Positions 13,259-27,329 of a stretch of 64,000 bases of DNA are shown here, piece after piece. The notes under the pieces are model-generated. The model did not search any database and was not told the DNA's origin. It saw only the letters and a list, made by a program, of their open reading frames with translations. Every line of letters starts with the position of its first letter. Position 1 is the first letter of the stretch. Source of the stretch: Octopus vulgaris (lineage: Eukaryota); contig OX597824.1 of NCBI GenBank assembly GCA_951406725.2, forward strand, positions 17,546,001 to 17,610,000, given 5' to 3'. A program made the translations under genes and the position numbers.

Positions 13259-13405
13259 GCAACAACAACATCGAAAAATACCTTAGAAATGAGAACCCAG
13301 GTTCGAAATTTCACGAAGACACCTGATAATGGCTGGAGGGTATAACAGCCGAAACTTTGTCTTAACAACAAACAATATGAGGACAAATATCCGTCAAATG
13401 TAAAT
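12985..13405 (+). mobile_element. Inverted second pLTR/SINE-like unit: tRNA-like head, (AAT/AAC)n, degenerate hammerhead
   Basis: Head 12985-13056 is the reverse-complement homologue of 12312-12383. Motif 13316-13363 reads GACAC-CUGAUAA-U-GGCUG...CAGCC-GAAAC-UUU-GUCUU. Confidence 0.75.
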
Positions 13406-13673
13406 GATGTACATAATTCTCATCTCTGAAATATAGAAATCAATACCGGTAATCGAATTTTAGGTCGATGTCAAACGCCACTCAAACTTAAAGCAATACA
13501 CACAGACGTATGTGTAGATGGGCTTCATCACAGTTTCAATCTACCATAATGAAAGGGCTCTTGATCAAAGTTCCACGCAGTGGGACTGAATTGGAAGCTT
13601 CGTAATCGCAAGCTGAACTTCTTAACCAATTAGACATGCCCTCATCTCTGTTTGTAGAATATATAATATATAT

Positions 13674-13898
13674 ATCTTTACTACCCACAAGGGGCTAAAC
13701 ATAAAGGGGACAAACAAGGACAGACAAAGGGATTAAGTCGATTACATCGACCACAGTGAGAAACTGGTACTTTATTTATCGACCGCGAAAGGATGAGAGG
13801 CAAAGTCGACCTCGGCGGAATTTGAACTCGGAACGTAACGTCAGATGAAATACCGCACTTCGCCCGACGCGCTAACGTTTCTGCCAGCTCTCCGCCTT
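13674..13898 (-). mobile_element. tRNA-derived SINE family B with imperfect 16-bp TSD
   Basis: Head AAGGCGGAGAGCTGGCAG, B-box GAGTTCAAATTCC, central GCCTyTCATCCTTTCGsGGTCGATAAA block (Meta-domain-like, from recall). TSD TAGAAyATATAATATA at 13655-13670 and 13900-13915. Confidence 0.85.
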
Positions 13899-15029
13899 AT
13901 AGAACATATAATATAGCGAGGGATGAACGACCCTTTAAAGAAAATTAATGCATTACATGATTAACCAGTAATTTCTGAGATTGCAATACTGTTCTCAAAT
14001 ATACTAATAGGTGTAGCCACCACAAATAAGCATGTTCAAACTAGGCACAAATTTGAAGCTAACGAATGATAATGTAGGCGATGTTTCGCAGTTTTAGAAT
14101 TATCAGTCATATATCCGTGTTATCACATACTACCGTCTCAAGAAGCGTATGTCATTGTATAACGTAAAGCTAGACATATTGTACCTAAAAATGAAAGATG
14201 GAAACTTCACAGTTTGAATTCTTTTGATCACAGTTCTGCGAGATCAAGGCTGACCTTAAAGCTTTTTAAGAACAAGACCTATTATCACAGTACATCCTAT
14301 ACAATCAATATATAACGCGCAGCATAAAATAGAAGCCATGCTAATGATTTCTAACTTTAGCACATTTTAGAAAATATTTCAGTTATACACCATATATATC
14401 AATAATATTTTCCACAAAGAAACGAACGCAACACAATAGCCGCCATTTTCTTCTCTAGGTCCTGTGGCAATTTCCGGTCCACTGTAATGTAGGTGAAACA
14501 CCACTTTCATAGATATCACTGATCACGAACTCTTAAATAGTTCAAATTTTTCTATTGAATAGATCATGAGTGCAAGCTATGACAAGGGGTTACGATGCAT
14601 AAACAATTAGGTGTTGTCGTTCGTTAATAGCGCTTATTTCTTAAAACCCATGGTGAAGATCGCTAAATACGTTAAATACAACATCAGTGAGAACTGAACA
14701 CGTACTGTAAATGGAGCAATCAAAAAATGGCATTTAATGCAGCTTCGAACCATTTTTCCCTAGTGTGTATTCTTTGGGTATCAATCAATGCCACTATGTG
14801 ATAATTCTGCTTACTAGAAATAGCAAGCGTATGTTACAATAATCAACAATTATTTCTTTGAAGGAAGAAGGACCGCTACTAAGTCCGAATGCCCAACACT
14901 GGCATACCTACTGACGTCGTTTGACACGATATTTTGCTGCACTCTTGAAACAGTATAGGATTAAAAGAAGTACAATGGTATATGTTAATAATCCTATTTA
15001 CTATTGGCCTAGATTTTCTGGGGAGCGAG

Positions 15030-15599
15030 GACCGTCGATCACATCGACCCCAATACTCAACTGGTACATAATATATCAACCCAGAAATGATGAAAGGCAA
15101 AGTCGACCTCGGTGGAATTTGGACTCAGAACGTAGTGGTAGACGAAATACCGCAAAGCATTTCGCTCGGCGTGCTAACGATTCTTATTTCTTTACTGCCC
15201 ACAAAGGGCTACACAGAGGGGACAAACAAGGACAGACAAACGGATTAAGTCGATTATATAGACCCCAGTGCGTAACTGGTACTTATTTTATCGACCCTGA
15301 AAAGATGAAAAGTAAAGTCGACATCGGTGGAATTTGGACTCAGGACGTAGCGGCAGACAAAATACCTACTTCTTTACTACCCACAAGGGGCTAAACACAG
15401 AGGGGACAAACAAGGACAGACAAACGGATTAAGTCGATTACATCGACCCCAGTGCGTAACTGGTGCTTAATTTATCGACCCCGAAAGGATGAAAGGTAAA
15501 GTCGACCTCGGCGGAATTTGAACTCAGAACGTAGCGGTAGACGAAATACCGCGAAGCATTTCGCTCGGCGTGCTAACGATTCTGCCAGCTCGCTGCCTT
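15030..15599 (-). mobile_element. SINE family B tandem array (three units)
   Basis: Repeated ATCGACCCC...GATGAAAGGCAAAGTCGACCTCGG blocks. Unit junctions near 15184 and 15368. Confidence 0.85.
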
Positions 15600-15813
15600 G
15601 GCACACTTTAAAAATGGGAAGAATATTTCACTAGAAGTGGCTTCATTGTATTTCATGGCGTGGAAGGTATCTAGCTCAGACAGACCATACACACATGCAT
15701 TCATTCATCCTGTGAAAGACATCTTAGATGTGATCAGCAGCTGCTCAAAAAATGTCATCTAGTTTTTAGATCCCTATGCGACATCACGTTGTCGCATAAA
15801 CTATATACAATGT

Positions 15814-16104
15814 TGTTGTGTCTGGTGAGAGTCATTTTCTTTTTGTGCCTTATAGTGTAACACACTCACCGGTACAATTTACACTTATTTCCCATTTGTA
15901 TTTTCCTAAAATTTCCACTTATTTCTTATTTTTATTTTCCTAAAATTCTCGTTGCGTGTATCAGCTTTTTCAAAACTATTGAAAATGTTGCAGGACGCAA
16001 CGAAAATTTTAGGAAAATAAAAATAAGAAAAAAGTGAAAATTTTACCAGTGAGTGTGTTACATTATGAGGCACAAAAAGAAAATGACTCTCTCCTGACAC
16101 AACA
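15814..16104. mobile_element. Foldback MITE-like element with long inverted arms
   Basis: TGTTGTGTCTGGTGAGAGTCATTTTCTTTTTGTGCC... pairs with ...GGCACAAAAAGAAAATGACTCTCTCCTGACACAACA. Spacer about 36 bp. Left arm carries an internal duplication. Confidence 0.8.
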
Positions 16105-16114
16105 GAATATGCTT

Positions 16115-16650
16115 CAACACACGAACTCATATAAAGAATCTTGCACACCAAATCCCAAAACGAAATATACAATGCCATTCGAAAAAATAAATAGAAAGAC
16201 TATCCTGGAATAAATATTAGAGAATCTCCCTATTATTGAATACGTACTCAAATACCAGCACAAGGAATACTGGTGGAACATTCCCATCGTAACGTCTGTG
16301 AAGTGTAAGGTTAACAGGCCAGATATTGTTGTTTGGTCCAGAAAAGAAAAAGTACGTGGCATCAGGTCAGCTGAACTGCTGATGTGAATATCTGTTTGAA
16401 AATCAAAGATAAAGAAGATACTTATGGACAACAGTTTCGAAATATTAAGCTTCTATATCCAGATTATAAATTTACATTTATATCAATAATAACAGGAATA
16501 ACTGGTTTTGTAAATAAGTGCTTAACTCTCAATCAGGATAAGCTAAGATTTTCAGAAACAGAAGTCGATTCATTGATTCGCACATTAAAGTACAATCTGC
16601 AAGCGGAACGGTAATGCTATGCAAGACTTTTCTCAGGTTTAAAATGTAAC
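16115..16650 (+). pseudogene. Second R4/Dong-like LINE 3' fragment (REL endonuclease)
   Basis: EYWWNIPIVTSVKCKVNRPDIVVW...DVNICLKIKDKEDTY...LLYPDYKFTFISIITG...SGTVMLCKTFL, with frameshifts. Confidence 0.7.
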
Positions 16651-17061
16651 ATTGAATTCGTTATCTACATTCCAATAATGGAGCTTTTTGTCTTTGTTAG
16701 AGACCAGATACTTCTTCAGAGGAAGAATTTAAATGATTAAATACAGAGGAGACATACTTACATAATGTATATATACATGCATACATACATATATACATAC
16801 GCAGCCAGGACATCAAAACCAGAAATATAGTGACCACCACTGGAAAATTCCACATTAATAGCGACACCCAATGGACCAACGTGAGACGAAGCGGTGATGG
16901 TAGAAGCTTAAGGTTAGTCTAAACAGCCTTTGAATGTTCCATTGAATCTCTCAGTCAATATCTGCTGAACAGTACAAAAAGAAATGAGCATATTCCATGC
17001 ATACGCAAATGCGAAAGCAATAATATATCCCCTGAGTTGGAGAATTACTGTAAAGGTACTT

Positions 17062-17669
<608 letters not shown>

Positions 17670-17737
17670 GAAGGCAACTGTCTCGTGCACCTCAAAAGAG
17701 GCTGAACTGATCTAAATAAACCGAAATATACATACAT

Positions 17738-18122
17738 AGGCGCAGGAGTGGCTGTGTGGTAAGTAGCTTGCTAGCCAACCACATGCTTCCGGGTTCAGTG
17801 GCACTGCGTGGCATCTTGGGCAAGTGTCTTCTGCTATAGCCTCGGGCCGACCAAAGCCTTGTGAGTGGATTTGGTAGAATCCTGTCGTATATATGTATAT
17901 ATATGTATGTGCATGTGTGTGTATGTGTTTGTGTGTCTGTGTTTGTCCCTCTAGCATTGCTTCACAACCGATGCTGGTGTGTTTACGTCCCCGTCATTAG
18001 CAGTTCAGCAAAAGAGACCGATAGAATAAGTACTGGGCTTACAAAGTATAAGTCCCGGGGTCGATTTGCTCGATTAAAGGCGGTGCTCCAGCATGGCCGC
18101 AGTCAAATGACTGAAACAAGTG
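17738..18122 (+). mobile_element. SINE family A
   Basis: Same head, internal and tail blocks as the 17062 copy. Confidence 0.9.
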
Positions 18123-18516
18123 AGCGAGATACATATATAGAGACAGACAGGCAAACAGACATCAGACATACACATCTGCGTGCATAAGTAACTTCGAAGT
18201 TACTTAGCTTAAAGAGACATCATTATTAGACAACCTGACGAAGCCACCGAACTAATAAATACTTCAGTGACGCTGTTTTTCATGATAAAACAAGAGGAAC
18301 AAAATAAATGAGATATTGAGCTTAAAGGTGTTTAGTGTTCATTCAATCAGTGCTCTTTATTTTACTGTGGATAACGAAGCATTTAAACCATTTTCTCTAC
18401 ATATAATTGGATGAGCTGTGTGTGTATACATGTTTATAACGCCATACATACAGACATACATATACATTACATACATACATAAATACACACAAACACACAC
18501 ATATATATGTATATAT

Positions 18517-18580
<64 letters not shown>

Positions 18581-18694
18581 TAATAAATATAAGGGTAGTA
18601 AGAAATTCTAGAAAAAATTCTCCTCTACCAGCGGTCTAGCGAGAGAAAAAGGATAGTCAAAGACTATATAATATACATTCTACAATATTGTTGA

Positions 18695-18696
<2 letters not shown>
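18581..18696 (-). mobile_element. Terminal fragment of the 36210-36590 pLTR-like family, between (TA)n tracts
   Basis: Reverse complement aligns with 36480-36588. Ends in a small foldback ATTCTACAATATTGTTGAAT. Confidence 0.65.
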
Positions 18697-18740
<44 letters not shown>

Positions 18741-18940
18741 GATGGATATATATATATATATATATATATACATACATATATATGTATATATACAATAACA
18801 CATGCGTTCAGCTTCGCATGGCTGAAAGTATCGTGTGACGCAGAGCGCCCCTACCTCATCAGGTGTTCCAAGATTAAATACTTCTAACTGCAGCCAAATG
18901 TTTTGAATCCAACTTATTTCGCTTGTTCTCGACTCAAGCA

Positions 18941-18980
<40 letters not shown>

Positions 18981-19466
18981 CATATGTATGTTTGTTAGTA
19001 TTTGTACATATGTGTATATATTATTATACAACGCAATTATCCACACCTGACCACTATATCTGCCATATGAATACATTAAGTAACTAAATTGAATGTATAT
19101 AAACTTATTTCATAACTTTGTCTGATGCAGGTGGTCTCCGAAAAACGCCATGTCGATTTTCTCGCCAGATCATTAAATTTTACCTACCACTGTTTCGTTG
19201 CCATCGTTGCAGAATATGAGAGAAAACCCCATCGCTAATTAGTTACGTTAAATAATACTCTTATGCTGCAAATTGTACTGAATCCTGCGTCTCATAATGT
19301 ACCAAAGTGATGCTCTTATTCTATTGTTAACTTATAATAAATAGTTTCGTTTATTATTATACTGTGAGTACACAGATAATAAATTTCGTGTGTTTCCGCC
19401 ATAATACAAACGGATACGCAAAAGAAACCGGAATTTTGCAATATTATTTAATCACTTATTTTATTC

Positions 19467-19644
19467 AGGCGTGGGAGTGGCTGTGTGGTAAGTAGATTGC
19501 TTACCAGCCACATGGTTCTGGGTTCTGGGTTCAGTTCCACTTCGTGGTACCTTGGGCAAGCGTCTTCTATAGCCTCGGGCTGACCAAAGTCTTGTGAGTG
19601 GATTTGGTAGACGGAAACTGAAAGAAGTCCGTCGTATGTATATG

Positions 19645-19702
<58 letters not shown>

Positions 19703-19955
19703 GGTGTGTGTGTGTGTGTGTGTGTGTGTGAGTGTGTGTGTGTGCGTGTTTGTGTGTGTTTGTCTGTTCCCTCAAATCGCTCGACAATCGATGCTGGTGT
19801 GTTTACGTCCCCGTAACTTAGATGTTCGGAAAAAGAGACCGATAGAATAAGTACAAGGCTTACAAAGAATAAGTCCTGGGGTCGATTTTCTCGACTATAA
19901 GCGGTGCTCCAGCATGACCACAATCAAATTACTGAAACAAGTAAAAGAGTAAAAA
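19467..19955 (+). mobile_element. SINE family A
   Basis: Head, (TA)n(TG)n core and GTAAAAGA tail repeats. Confidence 0.9.
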
Positions 19956-20029
19956 GAGAGAGAGAGCGAGTATTTAGTTTTACATGTTAACATTTTTATC
20001 GCCTACAAAGTATTATCCATTTGAAGCAA

Positions 20030-20400
20030 TGCATCGGTCCAGCTGCATTTTCCACTGTTCAGAAATCCATTGCCCAGAATGCACCAGCCATATCATGTTC
20101 GTCAATGTTTCGGTGAGCCTCCTCCAATATCAGTTCAGGAATTCTCTTGATGCTTTCATTCGTTCGGTTGTCGACGATCGCCATGGATGAGGTTGGTCTT
20201 CAAGCGATATGTGACAATCCCTAAAGCTTGGAGACCTCTCGTAATCGTGTGTTTTGCTCATGCCAGCGGCCGGCCTTTGCAATCTGTTTGAAGCATGATA
20301 ACTGTTTCGGCCGATGCTTTCCCTAGCAGAAAACAGAAATTCGCAGAAGCACGCCGTTCCTTCGTTTTAGCTATCGTAAAACTCGACGAACACCGGAGAA
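20030..20400 (-). pseudogene. mariner transposase N-terminal relic
   Basis: Minus translation KERRASANFCFLLGKASAETVIML...SLEDQP resembles mariner HTH (EQR..IKFCF.LGK.A.ET..ML, SLED..RSGRP). Confidence 0.6.
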
Positions 20401-20626
20401 ACACTGCAAACCAAAGATACACTACGTGGCAATACGACTTAAACCGACGACGCCGATTATCTCTTAATTTTCAACGGGATTATAATTCTATCATCAAAAT
20501 TTATCAAGATACAAAGGTGAGATTCGTGAAATATTCCCGTTTCCATTTTTTCACTCTAATCTTCTATACAATCGTAAACTACACCACATGAAAGCTATTA
20601 GTAAAAAATTCGTTTACAAATATAAT

Positions 20627-20970
20627 CTTCTTTTATTATTTGTTTCGGTCATTTGACTGTGGCCCTGATGGAGCACTGCCTTTAGTCGAGCAAATCGACC
20701 CCAGGGCTAATTCTCTGTAAGCCTAGTATTTATTCTATCGGACACTTTTGCCGAAACGCGAAGTTACGGGAACGTAAACACACCAGCATCGGTTGTCAAG
20801 CGATACACAGATACACAATACACAAACATATACGCGCACATACATATATATACATACGTCAGGCTTCTTTCAGTTTCCGTCTACCAAATCCACTCACAAG
20901 GTTTGGTCAGCCCGAGGCTATAGTAGAAGACATTTACCCAGGACAACGTGGTTGGTAAGTAAGCTACTTA
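20627..20970 (-). mobile_element. SINE family A (minus strand)
   Basis: Reverse complement of family A blocks. Confidence 0.85.
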
Positions 20971-21294
20971 TGCCCCAGCATGGCCACTGCTCGTGTGCTG
21001 AAACTAGATCAAATCATATCCTGTATAGATGGATAGATAGATACATACATACATATACATTTATTTACATATATACACACACATGCATACGTACATACAC
21101 ACAATTACACACACACATATATACACATGCATGAGTGTGTTACATATGTATATACCGACATGTCTGTTACTTTTGTCTTTGAATAGTTTTACATTATTTA
21201 TATATACATACATGGCCCTTTCTAAACCAGGCATTCAATATAACAAGTCAAACTTGACAGAAAGGCTCATTATTTTTGGGCTGGTTTATTATTG

Positions 21295-21461
<167 letters not shown>

Positions 21462-24400
21462 TGGGCATTTTGCATATATCGATTTCCGAATATTTCTATC
21501 TTTATATTATGTTATACTCAATACCAGATAATTGATTTTTTTTTTTCTTCTAATTTTAAATATCGATCTTCAAACTTACTCTCTTTTCGAAGTTAGGCAG
21601 ACACCTTCACAGCTCTCCTCTCCCCGCACACGTGCATCTGTGCATACATACATGCATATATATTTATACATACATTACATACATACATACACACATACGT
21701 ACACACATACATACATACACACACATACATACATACATACGTACGTATGTACGTACATAGGTAACTGTGTGTTTCTGCTCAGAGACGCACCCATACACAC
21801 GCGTAGACACAATCACACAGCCGTAGATTGACATTATAGAGTTTTTCTAAAAAAGTCTCAATCCTTCTTTCATTCTTTGAAATCGTTTCTCAGATTCTAG
21901 CTTATGTAAAATCATTCCAGTATGTGGTTTTATTCTCCATCTATTTCCTGGATATCGATAAAAATGTCACTTTTTGGGGATCGGTAAAATATCTATAAAG
22001 TTTTAAAATTCCTTTATTTCTTGTAACTTTCTCTGAATGAATTAAACTAGAAAGTAAAACGAAAAGAAAGAAAGAAAGAGAAAGAAATTCAATAATTTTT
22101 GGGGTGATATATTTTTTAATTTATGTATATTGATTAAATATTTATTTTACATTTATTGATTTGAGAACCTTTTGAAATGTTATTTTTCCCTCGTACTTTA
22201 AAATTCATTTCTTCGAGATTTCATTAGAGATATTACAAATTCGAAAGTTTTACAACTGTTTTTCCATAATTTTACAAATTTATTTTCTTTCTCAGAAGGA
22301 ATTAATACTATTTTATTACAATTTTGGAATTCACATGAAATTGTCTTAATGCATATATTATTGTAGAATCCTGAAGCTGCCCTTCTTTAAAACTAGAATC
22401 GATGTTTCGTTTCTGTTCATTTTTACATAAAATATAAATATAGAGTTGTGCGTCTGTTTTTTGTTAACTATTTTGATTCGTATTTTTCTGTTTACATTTG
22501 AAAATTTATATTTTACAATTATATGTGGACTAATATTCATAATAAAAATTCATGATGAGGTAAATAAGTAACAATCTGAATTTTAAATATTATTATAAGG
22601 ATATAAAAAGCAAACTTACATAGATATTTAACTTAAAATATGTAGCAGATGCGAGATTTATTACAACTGTTTTGTTTTGTTTCTTATGTAACTGTTTGTA
22701 ACTGTTTTCGTTTTCTCTATGAACTTGTCTTTGAATATGTTTTTCGTTATGTAAGATAATAAATGAAACGTGTCGACATCATTAAAATAAAACATAACTA
22801 AATCTATATTTTCTTATATGAAACTTGGCTTCTTTATTTCGCAAAATAAATATACTAAATATACGAATACGAATACAGCCACACCTCTCTCCCTAAATAT
22901 ATGAAGATTGTTTAAAAAGCACTTATTTGAAAGAACAAAAACACTTGCAAAACTCAGCAAATTTTCTGAATGCCAGCTGCCATTTAATGAAACATATTTA
23001 CACAATTTTTTTTTTCTGTATGAATTATAAATAATAACAACACTATAAGTTTGTTTTTTCCGTAACCGGAGAATACTACAGGTTAATTTTCAATTATATG
23101 CGAGCTTTATAATAAACATATTTGCTTCCTTCTGATCCCTATATGTTCTTCGGTTAAAAACGTACAATACAATATATATTTGATTTATTGTTCTGTGAAA
23201 AGTGCTAGTGGCATGATTCCCATGCTAATTTACACGTGTTGTAGATACCATGCTTTATTCAATATATCACTACAAAGCTTTTACTGGTAGAAAGTTCCAA
23301 CTGCAAATGCTAAATATTTCGCTTTTTTCCATAACCGTCCTTTCTGATGAACTGAAAATGTTACAAACACACACATTCAATATTTATACACCATATTATT
23401 GCATTTGAATTTTTTGCCATCGATTCCACTGTGTCCTTAGATTATTTGATACCGTTCTGTATTGACCCTGAATGTGAAAATACCATTAAAAAGCTGTTCT
23501 TCTTCTTAAATGATATATAGGAATGGTTTCTTCTTTATGACTCATTGAGATCTAAGGAATTGTATCGTTATTATTTTTATTATCATTATTATTATTATTA
23601 TTGTTGTTGTTGTTGTTGTTATTATTATCCTCTCTCCGCAAGGTAATGCACGAAATCACCTACTCATTCAATGGAACGTAGAATTTGAATCCCAGATACC
23701 GAGCCTAACATTATATCATCTATATCATAAAGTTACAAACCAGTTGAAGCCTTTTCTTTGTACATTTTCAATAAAATCTCGGATCGTTGAGGACATGTAA
23801 AGACCATTTCAGATATAGAATTTCAAAGCTTCGGCTTCAGAATATCGAATCTTTAAAAGTCACTCTCACCTGAAACAGGGAATGAGAGGACCCTACTTTT
23901 TGTTTAGACTTCTCAAGACGAGAAACATATCTCTGACTTATCAATTGGGACTTCTTTCACATCTATTGATGCAAACTATTTTTTTTCCCTTGTCGGTAAA
24001 TGCTTTTCTTTGTTTAGTGAGTGGAATTGGGCATGTACATCGCCTTTTCTAACTTCAAATAGCCTCAGATACTGGCATCGATTGATTTTTAACAGTTCTG
24101 TTAATATCTCATTTGTGCGTTGCTTTAATATGGTTAGCCGTAACGGAAAAATATAAATCACTTAATAAAAATTCCATGATTACAAGAAGATTCTTTGAAC
24201 ACCTGCTGCAAGAAAAGCTCATAATTTCCCCATAAAAAAAGTGTAGATCCCAAGGAAGGTTGAAAAATCATTTCTGTACAGCTTGTCGTTAAGAGTACAA
24301 TCCGCTGATGGGATTGCTCTAAATATATATCACACATATATGTGTGTATAAATATTTGTATGAATCTACGTGTATATATATGCATATATATATATATATA

Positions 24401-24530
24401 TATGTATGTACGTATATACATATGTATATATGCATATATATACATATATGTGTGTGAGTATGTGTTTGGCCTGGAACATAAGTGAGAGCGACCTGGATAT
24501 CCGCCCGGGCTATATATCCCTCTAAAATCA

Positions 24531-24568
<38 letters not shown>

Positions 24569-24812
24569 CCTGTGTGTGTGTTTGTCGCATAATTCAACTG
24601 CTAAAGGCAAATACACTGCAGTTACCGTGCAGTCATCGACAAGAGTTAATAAACTCGAAGCTTCGATGTCTGAGATTCCCGAGAGATGTCGACACTGAAC
24701 GAATGGGTGTTTTCACACCTTTTTGCCATAAGTTGAAATATGTGATGAACATATTTTAACTAACCTAAATTATGATTGTGAGCACAGCTTTGCGCAATTA
24801 CGCCGATATGTA

Positions 24813-24882
<70 letters not shown>

Positions 24883-24915
24883 TAGATAGATAGATAGGTA
24901 GATAGATAGATATAC

Positions 24916-24953
<38 letters not shown>

Positions 24954-25087
24954 GTAAACAAACTGACAGACAGACATATATATATATATATATATAGATA
25001 GGTAGATAGATAGATATACAGATAGATAGATAGATAGATAGATATATAGATAGATAGATAGATAGGTAAACAAACTGACAGACAGAC

Positions 25088-25172
<85 letters not shown>

Positions 25173-25193
25173 GATTGATAGATAGACAGACAA

Positions 25194-25249
<56 letters not shown>

Positions 25250-25293
25250 GTAAACAGACTGACAGACAGACAGATATATATATATATATGTAT

Positions 25294-25363
<70 letters not shown>

Positions 25364-25858
25364 GGCCGCTGAGTCTATCATTTCGGTGGTCTTGAAATGC
25401 TTGAATAATTATCAGCATTCTGTTACTTGTGTAACAACCCCAGTCCTGCATCGAGTAGCAGAATCTCACCAAATGTGGAGTGTTCCTTTTGACTGGCACC
25501 AGCGAAAAGCCCATTGGTAGAATTTTAACACATCAATCCGGCTTATATTTTACCCCAGTACTAATTTTAAGGACATTGTGAACGGCTTTGTTGCTGTTTT
25601 ATTCAGATGAAAGCAATGTCATAGTTCTGACCTGTAGGCATAGAAACAGAAATACACACAAGCATTTGTGTACATCTACGTCCGAGAATGTGCGTTTCAA
25701 TGTGTGCCCGTGTGTACAGATATAAACGTACATGGTGTAGAGTAACGGAAATATTCATCGACGTGTTGTCTTTGAAATGAGAGGTTGCCGAAGTAGCCAG
25801 TTAAAGAAATGGACCCAAATACATATTTTCACTTATGTTTGTAAAATATGGTTGTTAT

Positions 25859-26270
25859 AGGCGCAGGAGTGGTAAGTAGCTTGCTAACCAACCTCATGGT
25901 TCCGGGTTCAGTCCCACTGCGTGGCATCTTGGGCAAGTGTCTTCTGCTATAGCCCCGGGCCGACCAATGCCTTGTGAGTGGATTTGGTAGACGGAAACTG
26001 AAAGAAGCCCGTCGTATATATGTATATATATATGTGTATGTATGGTTGTTTGTGTGTCTGTGTTTGTTCCCCTAGCATTGCTTGACAACCGATGCTGGTG
26101 TGTTTATGTCCCCGTCACTTAGCGGTTCGGCAAAAGAAACCGATAGAATAAGTACTGGGCTTACAAAAAGAATAAGTCTCGGGGCCGAGTTGCTCGATTA
26201 AAGGCGGTGCTCCAGCATGGCCGCAGTCAAATGACTGAAACAAGTAAAAGAGTAAAAGAGTAAAAAGAGA
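25859..26270 (+). mobile_element. SINE family A
   Basis: Near-complete copy with (GTAAAAGA)n tail. Confidence 0.9.
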
Positions 26271-26524
26271 GTTATTCTAAAGACCCCTTTGGTGAAGCGC
26301 CATTAACGCGAAGTAAGGATACCAACACTAGTTGTCGAGTAGGTGAAGGACAAGTACATATATACGCATATATAAATGCATATATGTGTGAATGAGTGTG
26401 TGCAAGTACGTGGTTTCTGTAACAACTTCACTACAAGGCACATGAAAGTTTTTCTTATAGCCCCAGCGCCAGCTAATGCTTTTTCACTACGTCTGGTAGA
26501 CGGAAATTGTGAAGAAGCCCGATG

Positions 26525-26592
<68 letters not shown>

Positions 26593-26597
26593 ACTAA

Positions 26598-26675
<78 letters not shown>

Positions 26676-27329
26676 GCATGTGTGCATGTCTGTCTGTATG
26701 TATATCTCTCTCCCTCTTCTCCCTCTCTTTGTCTCTATCTCTCTCTCTCTTATCCCTCTCTTTCTCTCTCTTCCCCCCTCTCTCTTCCCCTCTCTTTCTC
26801 TCTCCTACTCTTTCATTCACAAACTGCCCCCCCCCCCAACGCACACATATGTGTACGCATGCATGTATATATCCACGTTTGTTTGCATATGCACTTCAAA
26901 TGTTAATTATTTTCATATTCCGTTTAGATATACTGTAAAATACCATATACGCACATATTACTTTGCCCTCTAACCATAGCTTGGAATTAGTATTAAGAAA
27001 TGGTATTTACTAACCCTGGCAGAAATAGTTATATGAATTCGTTCCGATCACAATCTACTTTCTTAAAAGCGGGACACATTGGATAGCTTATTTCTCAATA
27101 GACAGTACCGATAAAAAAATCTGTGAAGCTTGTGGCCGGAGCATCTTTGGCGATACTAGTTCCATCAAGTCCATTATAAAACTAATCAACACTGGTTGCA
27201 TCAATATCATCACACAGTTTCTGTATGACATATGATAACTATATATTTTTACCGCTGTTGTTCTTCTATATTATTATAATACGTCCACGATTATCCCTCT
27301 TGTTCACTTTGTCATGCTAACTTCAGGGT

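Noticed and set aside
22765-22780. GAAACGTGTC-GACA resembling a hammerhead 3' half
   Set aside because: No CUGANGA or stem II upstream.
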